NCBI GenBank assembly: GCA_963729625.1
Contig: CAVSOU010000008.1
Span: 64,001 to 128,000, forward strand
Length of the DNA stretch: 64,000 bases
Direction of reading: 5' to 3'
Source of the DNA: an uncultured bacterium
GTDB taxonomy: Bacteria; Chloroflexota; UBA5177; JANWHV01
Positions 40,363 to 50,322 of this stretch are shown one piece after another (the stretch's first letter is position 1; each line of letters opens with the position of its first letter). A program made the translations under genes and the position numbers. The notes under the pieces are model-generated. The model saw nothing but the letters and a program-made list of their open reading frames with translations. It did not search any database and was not told where the DNA came from.

Positions 40363-40872
40363 TCACAGCTGGCGCGGGACCGGCGTGGCGTCCAGCCATT
40401 GCGCCTCGTAGCAGGGCCGGTGCTCGCCACAGGCAGAGGCGGGCTCCCCAAGTAGCCGCACGCGGAAACGCGCCGGCACCAACAGGGGCACGGCCGGAGG
40501 TCGCGGCAGGAGCTGGCCGATGACCGGCAGATCGCTCAGGAAACCCACGGGCTGCTGTGATGCGCTGCGCACGAGAGGAAGCGGCGCGGCACCGGCGTCT
40601 GCTGGGCCGGGAGCCAGCACAAGGGGGCGATCGGCACAGTACCACGCCTGCCCGGTCCCACCCCACCAGGGACAGGGTTCGGCCAGGCCCTGTACCACGA
40701 CCGTTCGGCCCTCCCACTCCGCCGGACGCGCGTTCAAGCGATCACGCACCTGTGCTACGGTATACACTTGGCTTGCGCGGGCATGCGATCCCATCAACAC
40801 GACACCGGCGCCCGCGATCCCAAATAGACTGCCGGCAGCGGCCAGACACAATACGATCTTGTTCGTGCGCAT
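40363..40872 (-). CDS. Hypothetical secreted/membrane-anchored protein
   Basis: GGAGG RBS, N-terminal hydrophobic segment, paired Cys residues. Confidence 0.65.
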   Translation of the reverse strand: MRTNKIVLCLAAAGSLFGIAGAGVVLMGSHARASQVYTVAQVRDRLNARPAEWEGRTVVVQGLAEPCPWWGGTGQAWYCADRPLVLAPGPADAGAAPLPLVRSASQQPVGFLSDLPVIGQLLPRPPAVPLLVPARFRVRLLGEPASACGEHRPCYEAQWLDATPVPRQL

Positions 40873-40971
40873 TGGAGCCTCCGTACCATCAACTCTAGCA
40901 GCGACGATGTATTTAGCAACATAGTGGTTGGTTTATTGACGTCAACCGTCACTTCGAAAGGGTTGTTCGCC

Positions 40972-43296
40972 ATGAGGTTCACAGACGGCGTCTGGCAGGC
41001 GCGCAGCGGTGTCCGACTACATCAGGCAGTAGAAGCTCGCGAGTGGCGCGTTCAGCCGAAGTCGTTGACTCTTGTTGCCTCGACGCAGCACCTCATCCCG
41101 CGCGCCACTATCGATGACGTGCCGCAGCTCACCGTACGCATTTCCTCACCGCTTCCGGATGTCATCCGCGTGCAGTTCACCCACTTCAGCGGGCAGCGAC
41201 ATCGCGGGCCATCGTTTCGGATCGCCGACGACGACGCCACGGTGGAGACGAGCGAGACCGCCGAGACGCTCGGGCTTCGGAGCGGGAAGCTGGAGGCGGT
41301 AGTCGGCAAGCAGCCGTGGCGTATCAGCTTTCGCTATGATGGCCGGCTTCTTACGGAGAGCGAGCCCGGCAACGAGGCATATATTGTCACGGGAGATGGC
41401 GGAGCATTCGTTCGCGAGCAGCTCGAGCTGGGCGTGGGCGAGTGCGTCTACGGCCTGGGCGAGCACTTCACGTCTTTCGTCAAGAACGGTCAGTCCGTCG
41501 AGACCTGGAATCGCGATGGCGGCACCGGTTCAGACCAAGCCTACAAGAGCGTCCCCATGTACGTGACCAATCGTGGCTATGGCGTCCTCGTCAATCATCC
41601 GGAGAACGTCTCCTTCGAGGTCGCCACGGAGCGCGTCGCGAAGGTGCAATTCAGCGTTCCGGGAGAGAGCCTGGACTACTTCGTGATCGGCGGCTCCGGG
41701 CTCAAGGAGGTGCTTGCGAACTACACTGCCCTGACCGGCCGCCCCGCGCTGCCGCCGGCATGGAGTTTCGGTCTGTGGCTCTCGACCTCATTCACCACCG
41801 ATTACGACGAGGCCACCGTGTCTCACTTTGTCGACGGCATGAGGGAGCGCGACATCCCGCTGAGCGTCTTCCACTTCGACCCGTTCTGGATGAAGGCCTT
41901 CCAGTGGTGCGATCTGGCATGGGATCGCCAGGCGTTCCCCGATCCCGAAGGCATGATCCGGCGGCTCAAGGAGCGCGGACTGCACGTCTGCCTGTGGATC
42001 AATCCCTATATCGCACAGCAGTCACCGCTCTTCGACGAGGGGATGGAGCATGGCTACTTGCTCAAGACGTCGAGCGGCGACGTATGGCAGACCGACCTCT
42101 GGCAGCCGGGCATGGGCATCGTCGATTTCACGAATCCCTCGGCATGTACCTGGTATGCCGATAAGCTGAGTCGACTGGTGGAGATGGGAGTCGACTGTTT
42201 CAAGACTGATTTCGGCGAGCGTATTCCCACCGACGTCGTGTACCACGACGGGTCCGACCCGGTAAAGATGCACAACTACTACACATTCCTCTATAACCAA
42301 CTGGTGTTCTCGGTACTCGAGCGGGCGCACGGCCCGGGCGGAGCCGTGATCTTCGGCCGCTCAGCCACCGTGGGTAGCCAGCGCTTCCCCACGCAATGGG
42401 GCGGCGACAATACGTCTCGGTATGGCTCGATGGCCGAGACCCTGCGTGGCGGTCTCTCATTCGGCCTTTCCGGCTTCGGCTTCTGGAGCCACGATATCGG
42501 CGGCTTCGACGGCACGGCCACGCCGGACCTCTACAAGCGCTGGACTGCCTTTGGCCTCACCTCGAGTCACAGCCGTCTGCACGGCATGCATTCCTATCGC
42601 GTGCCATGGCTCTTCGATGAGGAGTGCGTGGACGTGCTTCGCCATTTCGCCAAGCTCAAGTGCCGGCTGATGCCGTATCTCTATGCCGCTGCGGTGGAGG
42701 CCTCTCAGTGCGGCCTGCCGGTGTTGCGCGCGATGATCCTCGAGTTCGAGCACGATCCGGCCTGCGACTATCTCGACCGCCAATACATGCTGGGAGGCTC
42801 GTTGCTCGTGGCTCCGGTCTTCGCGCCCGACGGCACCGTATCGTTCTACCTTCCGAACGGCGACTGGACGAACATCTTCACCGGCGAGCGCGTGCAGGGA
42901 GACTCCTGGCGACACGAGCAGCATGGCTACCGCAGCCTCCCGCTCTACGCGCGCCCCGGCAGTATCGTGGCCCTCGGCAATGTCGACGACTCGCCTGACT
43001 ACGATTTCGCGTCGGGTGTCGAGATGCACCTGTTCGCCCTGGGAGAAGGCGCCGAGGCAGTTTCTACCGTGTACAGTCCCGCGGGCGCGAGGGAACTGCA
43101 CGTGACCTGCATGCGTGCCGGGGACAGAATCACGGTCGAGGCGACAGGGGCTGGAAAGCCGTGGACGCTCATCTTGCACGGCGCGCCTCCGGTTGTCGCC
43201 GTCCAGGGTGCCGAACATGAACCGCACGCGGGCGAGGTGAGGATCCTGCCACACGTCGGAGCGAGTCGCATCGAGGTTGAAGTCGCCGCACAGTAG
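40972..43296 (+). CDS. yicI: Alpha-xylosidase (GH31)
   Basis: MRFTDGVW, WSFGLWLSTSFTT, FKTDFGE, WGGD, WSHDIGGF, SSHSRLHG. Confidence 0.92.
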   Translation: MRFTDGVWQARSGVRLHQAVEAREWRVQPKSLTLVASTQHLIPRATIDDVPQLTVRISSPLPDVIRVQFTHFSGQRHRGPSFRIADDDATVETSETAETLGLRSGKLEAVVGKQPWRISFRYDGRLLTESEPGNEAYIVTGDGGAFVREQLELGVGECVYGLGEHFTSFVKNGQSVETWNRDGGTGSDQAYKSVPMYVTNRGYGVLVNHPENVSFEVATERVAKVQFSVPGESLDYFVIGGSGLKEVLANYTALTGRPALPPAWSFGLWLSTSFTTDYDEATVSHFVDGMRERDIPLSVFHFDPFWMKAFQWCDLAWDRQAFPDPEGMIRRLKERGLHVCLWINPYIAQQSPLFDEGMEHGYLLKTSSGDVWQTDLWQPGMGIVDFTNPSACTWYADKLSRLVEMGVDCFKTDFGERIPTDVVYHDGSDPVKMHNYYTFLYNQLVFSVLERAHGPGGAVIFGRSATVGSQRFPTQWGGDNTSRYGSMAETLRGGLSFGLSGFGFWSHDIGGFDGTATPDLYKRWTAFGLTSSHSRLHGMHSYRVPWLFDEECVDVLRHFAKLKCRLMPYLYAAAVEASQCGLPVLRAMILEFEHDPACDYLDRQYMLGGSLLVAPVFAPDGTVSFYLPNGDWTNIFTGERVQGDSWRHEQHGYRSLPLYARPGSIVALGNVDDSPDYDFASGVEMHLFALGEGAEAVSTVYSPAGARELHVTCMRAGDRITVEATGAGKPWTLILHGAPPVVAVQGAEHEPHAGEVRILPHVGASRIEVEVAAQ

Positions 43297-43298
43297 CC

Positions 43299-43348
43299 TT
43301 GACAGCCGAACGCATTCAGCCTAAACTATGAGTTAGTTAAGGCTAACT
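43299..43348 (+). promoter_or_regulatory. Promoter with DtxR/MntR-type operator
   Basis: TTGACA(43299)-N17-TAAACT(43322); palindrome AGTTAG-N6-CTAACT at 43331-43348. Confidence 0.75.
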
Positions 43349-43400
43349 TAGGATCTGGTGACCTACTTGTGAGGCCACGAGCGGCTGATAGGCGGATTTT

Positions 43401-44102
43401 GTGCACGAGAAGTTGACTCCGGCGATGGAGGACTACCTGCGGGAGGCCTATCGTCTGCGCGAGCGCGGCGAGGAGATCACGGTGCAGGCGCTCGCACAGG
43501 CGCTTGCCGTGACGCCGCCAAGTGTGACCGGGATGGTGAAGCGACTCGCGGGCTTGGGCCTGCTCGCCCACCAGCGCTATCAAGCGCTTGTGTTGACGGC
43601 CGGCGGCGAGGCAGTCGCGTTGGAGGTAGTGCGTCACCATCGCCTGCTCGAGCTCTACCTGGCGGAGTTTCTGGACATGCCCTGGGAGGACGTGCATGCG
43701 GAGGCGGATCGTCTGGAACATCACATCAGTGAAAGCCTCGAGGAACGTATCGCGGAGCGACTCGGCCAGCCATCGTTCGACCCGCACGGCGATCCGATTC
43801 CCAGCCGGGATCTGGTGATGCCGAGTCGGGAGCTGACCCGGCTAACGGACGTTGTTCGCGGCACCGCGGGCCGCGTCGCGCGCGTCGAGCAGCAGGAACC
43901 GGCCGTCCTGCACTACTTGAATACGCTGGGATTGGTACCGGGCGCGATCGTGACCCCAATCGCCGTCAGTCCTGACGGCGTGGTAACCGTGCGTGTCGGG
44001 CCGCCCGCTGCGAGCGGTGGTACGACTCACGCCCTGGGCGAGAAGCTCGCGACCCACATCATGGTGTCGCGAGTGGGGGCGACAGCGGAGGTGGCCGTAT
44101 GA
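43401..44102 (+). CDS. mntR: DtxR/MntR family metal-dependent regulator with FeoA-like C-terminal domain
   Basis: EDYL, RHHRLLE, HAEADRLEH, DPHGDPIP. Confidence 0.92.
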   Translation: MHEKLTPAMEDYLREAYRLRERGEEITVQALAQALAVTPPSVTGMVKRLAGLGLLAHQRYQALVLTAGGEAVALEVVRHHRLLELYLAEFLDMPWEDVHAEADRLEHHISESLEERIAERLGQPSFDPHGDPIPSRDLVMPSRELTRLTDVVRGTAGRVARVEQQEPAVLHYLNTLGLVPGAIVTPIAVSPDGVVTVRVGPPAASGGTTHALGEKLATHIMVSRVGATAEVAV

Positions 44103-44238
44103 GCCGCGCGACCGGTGACGCCGGCCTGGTGCAAGCCGGTCTGCCCACCACGGTATCCCGGCGAAACCGGGCAGCTTGTGGTCTCAGGCTGCGCGAGCCA
44201 TGCGGGCGTCACGGGCATGTGGTTTGGAGCGCCCGTCT

Positions 44239-45570
44239 ATGAGAGACTATCGGACCGGACCGGCCGCGGACGTCCCGGTCGAGGGACGTGCGGCGGACGC
44301 CGGCCTCCACACCGCTGGGCGCGCCGCCCTGGAGGGGCGCCTGCGCGGACTGGCGGCGATCCTGCCATTCTTCGGACCGGCCTTCGTCGCCTGCGTGGCC
44401 TACATCGATCCGGGCAATTTCGCCACCAATATCCAGGGCGGAAGCCAGTTTGGCTACAACCTGCTGTGGGTCGTCCTGCTGGCGAATCTGATGGCCATGC
44501 TCATACAGACTCTGTCGGCCAAGCTCGGCATTGCTACCGGGCAAAATCTGGCGGAGGTCTGCCGCAGGCACTTCCCCGCGCCGATCGTGTACGGCATGTG
44601 GCTGCTCTCCGAAGTGGCGGCCATGGCCACCGATCTGGCGGAATTTCTGGGCGCCAGCCTCGGCCTCAACCTCTTGCTCCACATCCCGCTGCTGCCTGCC
44701 ACTATCCTGACGGGCTTCGCCACGTTTGGCATCTTGCTGCTCCAGCGGTATGGCGTGCGGCCGCTTGAGGCCGTGATCGCCGGTTTGGTCGGCATCATTG
44801 CCGTCAGCTACGTGATTGAGACCCTGATCTCGCGACCAGACTGGGGCCAGGTCGCCAAGCATTCTGTCGTTCCCTGGATAGGCCACGGCAGCATGCTGGT
44901 GTCGGTCGGCATCATCGGCGCCACGATCATGCCCCACGTCGTCTACCTGCACTCGGCGCTCATGCAGAATCGTATCGTGCCGCGCAGCGAGGCCGAAGCC
45001 AAGCGCCTGTTCCGCTTCACCATTCCCGATATCGTAGTGGCAATGAGCCTGGCGGGCATTATCAACATGGCGATGCTCTACATGGCTGCGTCAACCTTCC
45101 ATGCGCACGGCTTCACGACTATCGCGGACATCCCAAGTGCGTACAAGACCCTCACCCCCCTGCTTGGCAGCGGAGCCAGCTTCATCTTCGCCATCTCCCT
45201 GCTCGCCGCGGGGCTCTCCAGCTCAACCGTGGGCACGATGGCCGGTCAGGTGATTATGCAGGGATTCGTCGGCTTCACGATTCCCGTGTGGATACGTCGT
45301 CTGGTCACGATGTGCCCGGCTGTCGTGATCGTGGCGCTCGGCATCAACCCCACGCAGTCGCTGGTGATCAGCCAGGTGGTGTTGAGCCTGGTGTTGCCTT
45401 TGCCGGTCGTCGCGCTCGTCTACTTCACGCGGCGGCGTGACGTCATGGGCACGCTGGTCAATCGGCGTCATACGACAATTCTGGCAGGCGTCTGCGCTAC
45501 GGTAATCCTGCTGCTGAACATCTTGCTGCTTTACCAAACGGCAGGCGGATCGATTCCCGGCCTGAGCTAG
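44239..45570 (+). CDS. mntH: Nramp family divalent metal transporter
   Basis: YIDPGN, GATIMPH, GTMAGQVIMQGF; ATG 44239 with GGAG RBS. Confidence 0.95.
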   Translation: MRDYRTGPAADVPVEGRAADAGLHTAGRAALEGRLRGLAAILPFFGPAFVACVAYIDPGNFATNIQGGSQFGYNLLWVVLLANLMAMLIQTLSAKLGIATGQNLAEVCRRHFPAPIVYGMWLLSEVAAMATDLAEFLGASLGLNLLLHIPLLPATILTGFATFGILLLQRYGVRPLEAVIAGLVGIIAVSYVIETLISRPDWGQVAKHSVVPWIGHGSMLVSVGIIGATIMPHVVYLHSALMQNRIVPRSEAEAKRLFRFTIPDIVVAMSLAGIINMAMLYMAASTFHAHGFTTIADIPSAYKTLTPLLGSGASFIFAISLLAAGLSSSTVGTMAGQVIMQGFVGFTIPVWIRRLVTMCPAVVIVALGINPTQSLVISQVVLSLVLPLPVVALVYFTRRRDVMGTLVNRRHTTILAGVCATVILLLNILLLYQTAGGSIPGLS

Positions 45571-45588
45571 CTTCGGAGGAGCACCGAC

Positions 45589-46485
45589 ATGTTTACTCGC
45601 CTCTTGGTCCCGCTGGATGGCTCTCGGATGGCCGAGACCGCGTTGCCTATCGTCGAGCGGCTTGCGACTATCGACGACGCTTCGGTCACCCTGCTCCACG
45701 TCATCGAACGCGGCGCGCCGGCCACCGTGCACGGAGACCGCCACCTAAAGGCGATCGACGAGGCCAACGCGTATCTCGACGGTATTGCCGCCGGCCTGAG
45801 GGCGCACGGCATTCAGGTAGCCCAGCACACGCACGAAGTGCCCCAGGGTAACGTCGCGCGAAGTATTGCGGACCACTCCGAAGAAGGGCACGCCGACCTG
45901 ATCGTGCTCTGCACGCACGGCCACAGTCGCATGAAGGAACTCGTATACGGCTCGATCGCCCAGCAGGTCCTGCGCTGCGGCAGCACACCCGTTCTGCTGG
46001 CACGCCCGGCGGAGAGTGGCCTGCCGCCGCCCTTTGCTCCACATACGGTGCTCGTGCCGCTCGACGCGACCGCCGCGGCCGAGGCTGCCCTGGCGCCCGC
46101 GCAGTACCTTGCGCAGGCCCTGCACGCGTGCATGCACCTGGTGCTGGTCGTCTCGACACAGGATCGCGAGCGACGTCCGGCGGCTACCCTGCTGCCGAGG
46201 ACGAGTCAGGCGATCCTGGACATGGAGCAACACGAAGCCGCCGAGTATCTCGAGCGACTGGCAACGACGCTGCGCGCGCTGGATCTGCCGGTCACGACGG
46301 AGGTGCGACGGGGGTCCGCGGCGAGCGCGCTGGCGGACGAGGCAGGAGAGCCGGGTGTGGGCCTGGTCGTGGCGGCCACACATGGCCGCAGCGGCCTGCA
46401 AGCAGTCTGGGCCGCCAGCGTGACAGCGCGCCTCCTGGCCCGGACGCATGCGCCGATCTTGCTCCTGCGCAGAATCGACGCGTGA
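45589..46485 (+). CDS. Tandem universal stress protein
   Basis: Two USP domains: LVPLDGS...THG...GS and LVPLD...THGRSG. Confidence 0.92.
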   Translation: MFTRLLVPLDGSRMAETALPIVERLATIDDASVTLLHVIERGAPATVHGDRHLKAIDEANAYLDGIAAGLRAHGIQVAQHTHEVPQGNVARSIADHSEEGHADLIVLCTHGHSRMKELVYGSIAQQVLRCGSTPVLLARPAESGLPPPFAPHTVLVPLDATAAAEAALAPAQYLAQALHACMHLVLVVSTQDRERRPAATLLPRTSQAILDMEQHEAAEYLERLATTLRALDLPVTTEVRRGSAASALADEAGEPGVGLVVAATHGRSGLQAVWAASVTARLLARTHAPILLLRRIDA

Positions 46486-46514
46486 CACCCACCGACCTCC
46501 CCGAGCCCACCTAA

Positions 46515-46772
46515 GTGAGGCACGACGAAGGCCCGTCCGTGACCGCTGACGGCATGCCGATGTTCTACGCGCCCGACCGCCGGACGTGGCGTACATGGCT
46601 GGACGATCAGCACGCGTCTGCGCGAGGCGTCTGGCTCGTGTGCTACAAGAAGGGCACCGCCGGGCCGTGTGTGGACTACGCGGACGCGGTGGAGGAGGCG
46701 CTTTGCTTTGGTTGGATCGATAGTTATAGTAGATCCGGTGTGTCTCGGCAAAGGCAAGCGACCGCCGGCTGA
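46515..46772 (+). pseudogene. YdeI/OmpD-associated family protein, N-terminal fragment
   Basis: WRTWL..H...VWL..YKK...YADAVEEALCFGWIDS, after which the family match stops. Confidence 0.75.
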
Positions 46773-46855
46773 GCGTGCCCGGGCCGCCCTGCCTCAGTCG
46801 ACGATTGGACGTGATCGCGCACTGGCCGCGTGACTGTGCTAAGGAAAGTGGGTCG

Positions 46856-47779
46856 ATGGTTTTCCAAGAGAGTACGATCCTGGTCATCGGCAGCCTCAAT
46901 CTGGATCTCTCCATTCGCTGTCCCCATCTGCCGGCCCCAGGTGAGACGATACTTGGCGGTCCGCTCATAGAATCGCCGGGCGGGAAGGGCGGCAATCAGG
47001 CAGTCGCCGCCGGTCGCTTGGGCGGCAAGGTAGCCATGATCGGCTGCCTTGGCGCGGACGATTACGGGCGCGGCTTGCGAAACAAGCTCATCGCCTCCAA
47101 CGTGGCCGTTGAGTGTGTACTGGAGCGTGGGCCACGCAGCGGCGTTGCTCTTATCCAGGTGGGTGACGATGGCGAGAACAGCATCGTCGTGGTGCCCGGC
47201 GCCAACGCGCTTGTCGAACCCGCGGATGTACTGCGCGCGGTGGACCGCGCCCCCGGAGCGCGGCTGATGCTCTTGCAGCTCGAGATCCCTCTCGGCACGG
47301 TGGAGGAAGCTGCCAGACTCGGTAGGGCACGCGGTATCACCGTGCTCCTGGATCCCGCACCGGCACAACCCTTGTCCGACTCGCTGCTGGCACATATCGA
47401 CGTGCTCCTGCCAAATGAGCACGAGGCAGCAGTGCTCGCCGGCCTGACCAACGATGGCCCGGATCAAGCCCTCGAGGCCGCGCGGCGCCTGCAGGCGCGT
47501 GGACCGCGGACGGTGCTCGTCAAGCTGGGATCCCGCGGCGTGCTGCTCGTCGACGGCGCCGAGGCGCAGCATTTTGCCGGCCGGAAGGTCACCGCCGTTG
47601 ACACTACCGCTGCCGGAGACAGCCTCGCCGGCGCGCTTGCCGTCGCTCTGGACGAAGGCATGCCGCTGCCCAAAGCGGTAGCATTCGCCAACGTGGCCGC
47701 TGCACTATCCACGACCAGGCCTGGCGCGCAGGACTCAATGCCCGATCGGTCCGAAGTGGATCGGGCAATGCAAAGGTAG
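46856..47779 (+). CDS. rbsK: Ribokinase (PfkB family)
   Basis: GSLNLD, GGKGGNQA, GENSI, LQLE, PNEHE, DTTAAGD. Confidence 0.9.
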   Translation: MVFQESTILVIGSLNLDLSIRCPHLPAPGETILGGPLIESPGGKGGNQAVAAGRLGGKVAMIGCLGADDYGRGLRNKLIASNVAVECVLERGPRSGVALIQVGDDGENSIVVVPGANALVEPADVLRAVDRAPGARLMLLQLEIPLGTVEEAARLGRARGITVLLDPAPAQPLSDSLLAHIDVLLPNEHEAAVLAGLTNDGPDQALEAARRLQARGPRTVLVKLGSRGVLLVDGAEAQHFAGRKVTAVDTTAAGDSLAGALAVALDEGMPLPKAVAFANVAAALSTTRPGAQDSMPDRSEVDRAMQR

Positions 47780-47923
47780 CGTCATTTATTGCTCGTCGAG
47801 GATCGGACCGCCGTCCGTACCTGCCGGTCAGCGCCGTAGTCTGCTGACGAATCCGCACGCCGATCATCCCGTATGTTGCCTGCTGCATCGGGCTCCCGAG
47901 CCGGGCAGCCTGCGGCTCGGCAA

Positions 47924-48406
47924 TCAGGACAATCGCTTCTCGAACCAGTGGTGAGCATAGGGCTCGTCGTTGAACGCCTCGACCTCGCGGTAGCCACTGC
48001 TGCCGTAGAGTGCGATGGCCTCGCTCAAGACCCGATTCGTCTCGAGGCGCAGCACTTCCACGCCGGTGTCCCGCGCGTGACGCTCCAACTCCTGCAGGAG
48101 CCGCCGGCCGAGACCGAGACCACGTGCCTCCGGCGCCACCCACATCCGCTTCAGCTCGGCGGGCGCCCCAGGGTGAAACTTAAGTGCCCCGCAGCCGACC
48201 GGCCGCGCGTGCAGGCGGGCGACGAGCAACGCGCCGGCGGGCGGCGTCAGGTCGCGCTCGTCGGCGGAAATGCTGAGCGATGGGTCGAAGCCGGCTTCGA
48301 AGCGCGCGTTGAGCTCGGAGAAGTACTGTGCGATGCACCAGAGGGCATCGGGCGACGTCGGCTTCTCGATCGCGAAGCACACCTGCTGTATCGATAGATC
48401 GTCCAT
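47924..48406 (-). CDS. GNAT family N-acetyltransferase
   Basis: ELKRMWV, RGLGLG, LRLET, AIALY. Confidence 0.9.
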   Translation of the reverse strand: MDDLSIQQVCFAIEKPTSPDALWCIAQYFSELNARFEAGFDPSLSISADERDLTPPAGALLVARLHARPVGCGALKFHPGAPAELKRMWVAPEARGLGLGRRLLQELERHARDTGVEVLRLETNRVLSEAIALYGSSGYREVEAFNDEPYAHHWFEKRLS

Positions 48407-48484
48407 TTATTCGATCATAGTCATGGAAATCCGTGAGGGCCAGCGTCATCCCACGCCGCGGCGGCTTTCGCGCGGTAGACAACC

Positions 48485-48518
48485 GTGAGCCACCTTCCGA
48501 ACCCGGAAGGTGGCTCAC
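48485..48518. terminator. Perfect 15-bp stem-loop downstream of the SBP gene
   Basis: GTGAGCCACCTTCCG-AACC-CGGAAGGTGGCTCAC; no U-tract. Confidence 0.55.
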
Positions 48519-48580
48519 GCCCTGCGTATCAGCTTGCCGCCCACAAGCATCCGGCCTGGCGGACGCCGCCGACGCGGTGC

Positions 48581-50068
48581 TTACTTAGCCCAGGATTCGC
48601 TCTTCCATTGCGGGTTCTGCTGAATTTGGTAGTTCGCGGCCTGGACCCAGGCAGTCTGCAGGGCGTCCAGGGTCTTGCTCAGGCTGGATGAGCCAAGCAG
48701 GTAGCCGGGAACGACTTGCATGAACTGCGCCAGCTCCGTTGGCGACATGTTGAACAGATTGAGCGGACCTGTGATCGCCTGCACCCCCCACTGGCCAGTG
48801 GCAAAGGCGGCAATAGCCGGGATCGGCTTGACCGTCTCGACCGACGGCTGGGCGGACGTCGCGGCGATCCAGGGCTGGGCATACTTCGGCGCCGTGACGA
48901 ACTGCAAGAACTTTATCGCGTAGGCCAGCTTGTCGCCGGTGGTGGTCGCCGGGATCATGTAGCTCGTCCCGCCTGCCGAAACGCCGTACTGGGACGGAAA
49001 GTTCGTGGACAGTGGAGTCGTCGCCTTGGTGATGGTTGGGAAGGCCATGCTGCCGACCTGGAAGGGCACGTGCGCGGCCTGGATAGCGCTGTACCCGAAG
49101 TCGCCGCCCCACATCATCGCCGCCTTACCGGCGGTAAAGTCGGGGATATCCACGCCCAGGCCGGAGAGTCCCTTGACGCCCGACCAACCGGGAGTTACCG
49201 ACGTATCGAAGAGTTCCTTGAGCAACGTCATCGACTCCGAAAATTCCGGCAGGTGCGCGATATCCACGCCCATCTTGAGCACGCGAACGTAGTCTTCAAG
49301 TGTCAGAATCTGGGCCTTTCCACGCTGCCCGGATTGCAGGTACACATTCCAGGAGTCGAAGTGCTTGGCCAGCATGCTGTTGACGATCACCAGCCACGTC
49401 CAGCCGTAGCCGAGAACGGATCCGTCCATGGCCAGCGGCACATACCCGGCGGCCTTGAGCTTCTTGGCGGCGACGCGCCAGTCCTCCCAGGTGCGGAGCG
49501 GCGCCTGCACCCCTGCCTTGGCGAACGCTTGCTTGTTGTAGTACAGGCCCAGGTCAAAGAAGTTGAAAGGAACGTATTCCCAGTTACCCAGGGTATCTTG
49601 CTGGGCCGCGTTGAAGGCGCGATGGTCGAACCAGTCATACCAGGTAGCACGGCCCGGCGCATATGGATTGGGCGCCATCAGGTACTTGTTCAAGGGAACT
49701 ATCTGGGCCGGCTTGGAGCTCGTCTGCTGGAAGATCAGCTCGGGGGCGCTGCCGGCCTGCAGCAGAGTCGCTTCCGTTTGAGCGAAGGACGAGAGCGGCA
49801 GCACATTAGTCTTGAGCGTCACGCCGGGATTGGCCGCCTCGAATGCGGCCACCAGTTGTTCCCACGGCGGTCCAAAGCTCGTCCCACTCGTAGTCCACTG
49901 GTTAGGCCCCGCCAGAGTAATGGTCACGCTCACCTTGGGAGCGGCGGCACGCGTTCGCGGTGCCTGCCATGCGGGAACCGCGGACATGCCGAGAGCAAGG
50001 AGACATAGCACGGTCAAGGAGCGGGCACGCGGGCGGAGTGGCAACCGCCATATTGGACTACTGATCAT
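48581..50068 (-). CDS. Carbohydrate ABC transporter substrate-binding protein (family 1)
   Basis: Signal peptide; FEAANPGV, LYYNKQAFAKAG, FTAGKAAM. Confidence 0.88.
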   Translation of the reverse strand: MISSPIWRLPLRPRARSLTVLCLLALGMSAVPAWQAPRTRAAAPKVSVTITLAGPNQWTTSGTSFGPPWEQLVAAFEAANPGVTLKTNVLPLSSFAQTEATLLQAGSAPELIFQQTSSKPAQIVPLNKYLMAPNPYAPGRATWYDWFDHRAFNAAQQDTLGNWEYVPFNFFDLGLYYNKQAFAKAGVQAPLRTWEDWRVAAKKLKAAGYVPLAMDGSVLGYGWTWLVIVNSMLAKHFDSWNVYLQSGQRGKAQILTLEDYVRVLKMGVDIAHLPEFSESMTLLKELFDTSVTPGWSGVKGLSGLGVDIPDFTAGKAAMMWGGDFGYSAIQAAHVPFQVGSMAFPTITKATTPLSTNFPSQYGVSAGGTSYMIPATTTGDKLAYAIKFLQFVTAPKYAQPWIAATSAQPSVETVKPIPAIAAFATGQWGVQAITGPLNLFNMSPTELAQFMQVVPGYLLGSSSLSKTLDALQTAWVQAANYQIQQNPQWKSESWAK

Positions 50069-50322
50069 CGCCTTGAAGCCCTTTCTGAGGTGTGGTGTCT
50101 GCACCGTTGCATCCACGTTGAGCCGATGGGAAGGCAGCGCGAGCGGGTCCGGGTCCAACCTCCTTTCAGCGCCCCAAACGCTCGATCTCTGATCGGGCGG
50201 AGCAGCGACAGTCTCTGATCTGACGCCGCACCGCGGAGCGCGCCAGCCGGCTTGCAGAAGCTGGTTTCCAGAGCCCCAGCGTTATGGCCGGCAGTTGCCT
50301 ACGGCAGGATCTTCGAGGCATC

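Noticed and set aside
44103-44238. yybP-ykoY manganese riboswitch
   Set aside because: Lacks the GGGGAGUA and GAGACC hallmarks
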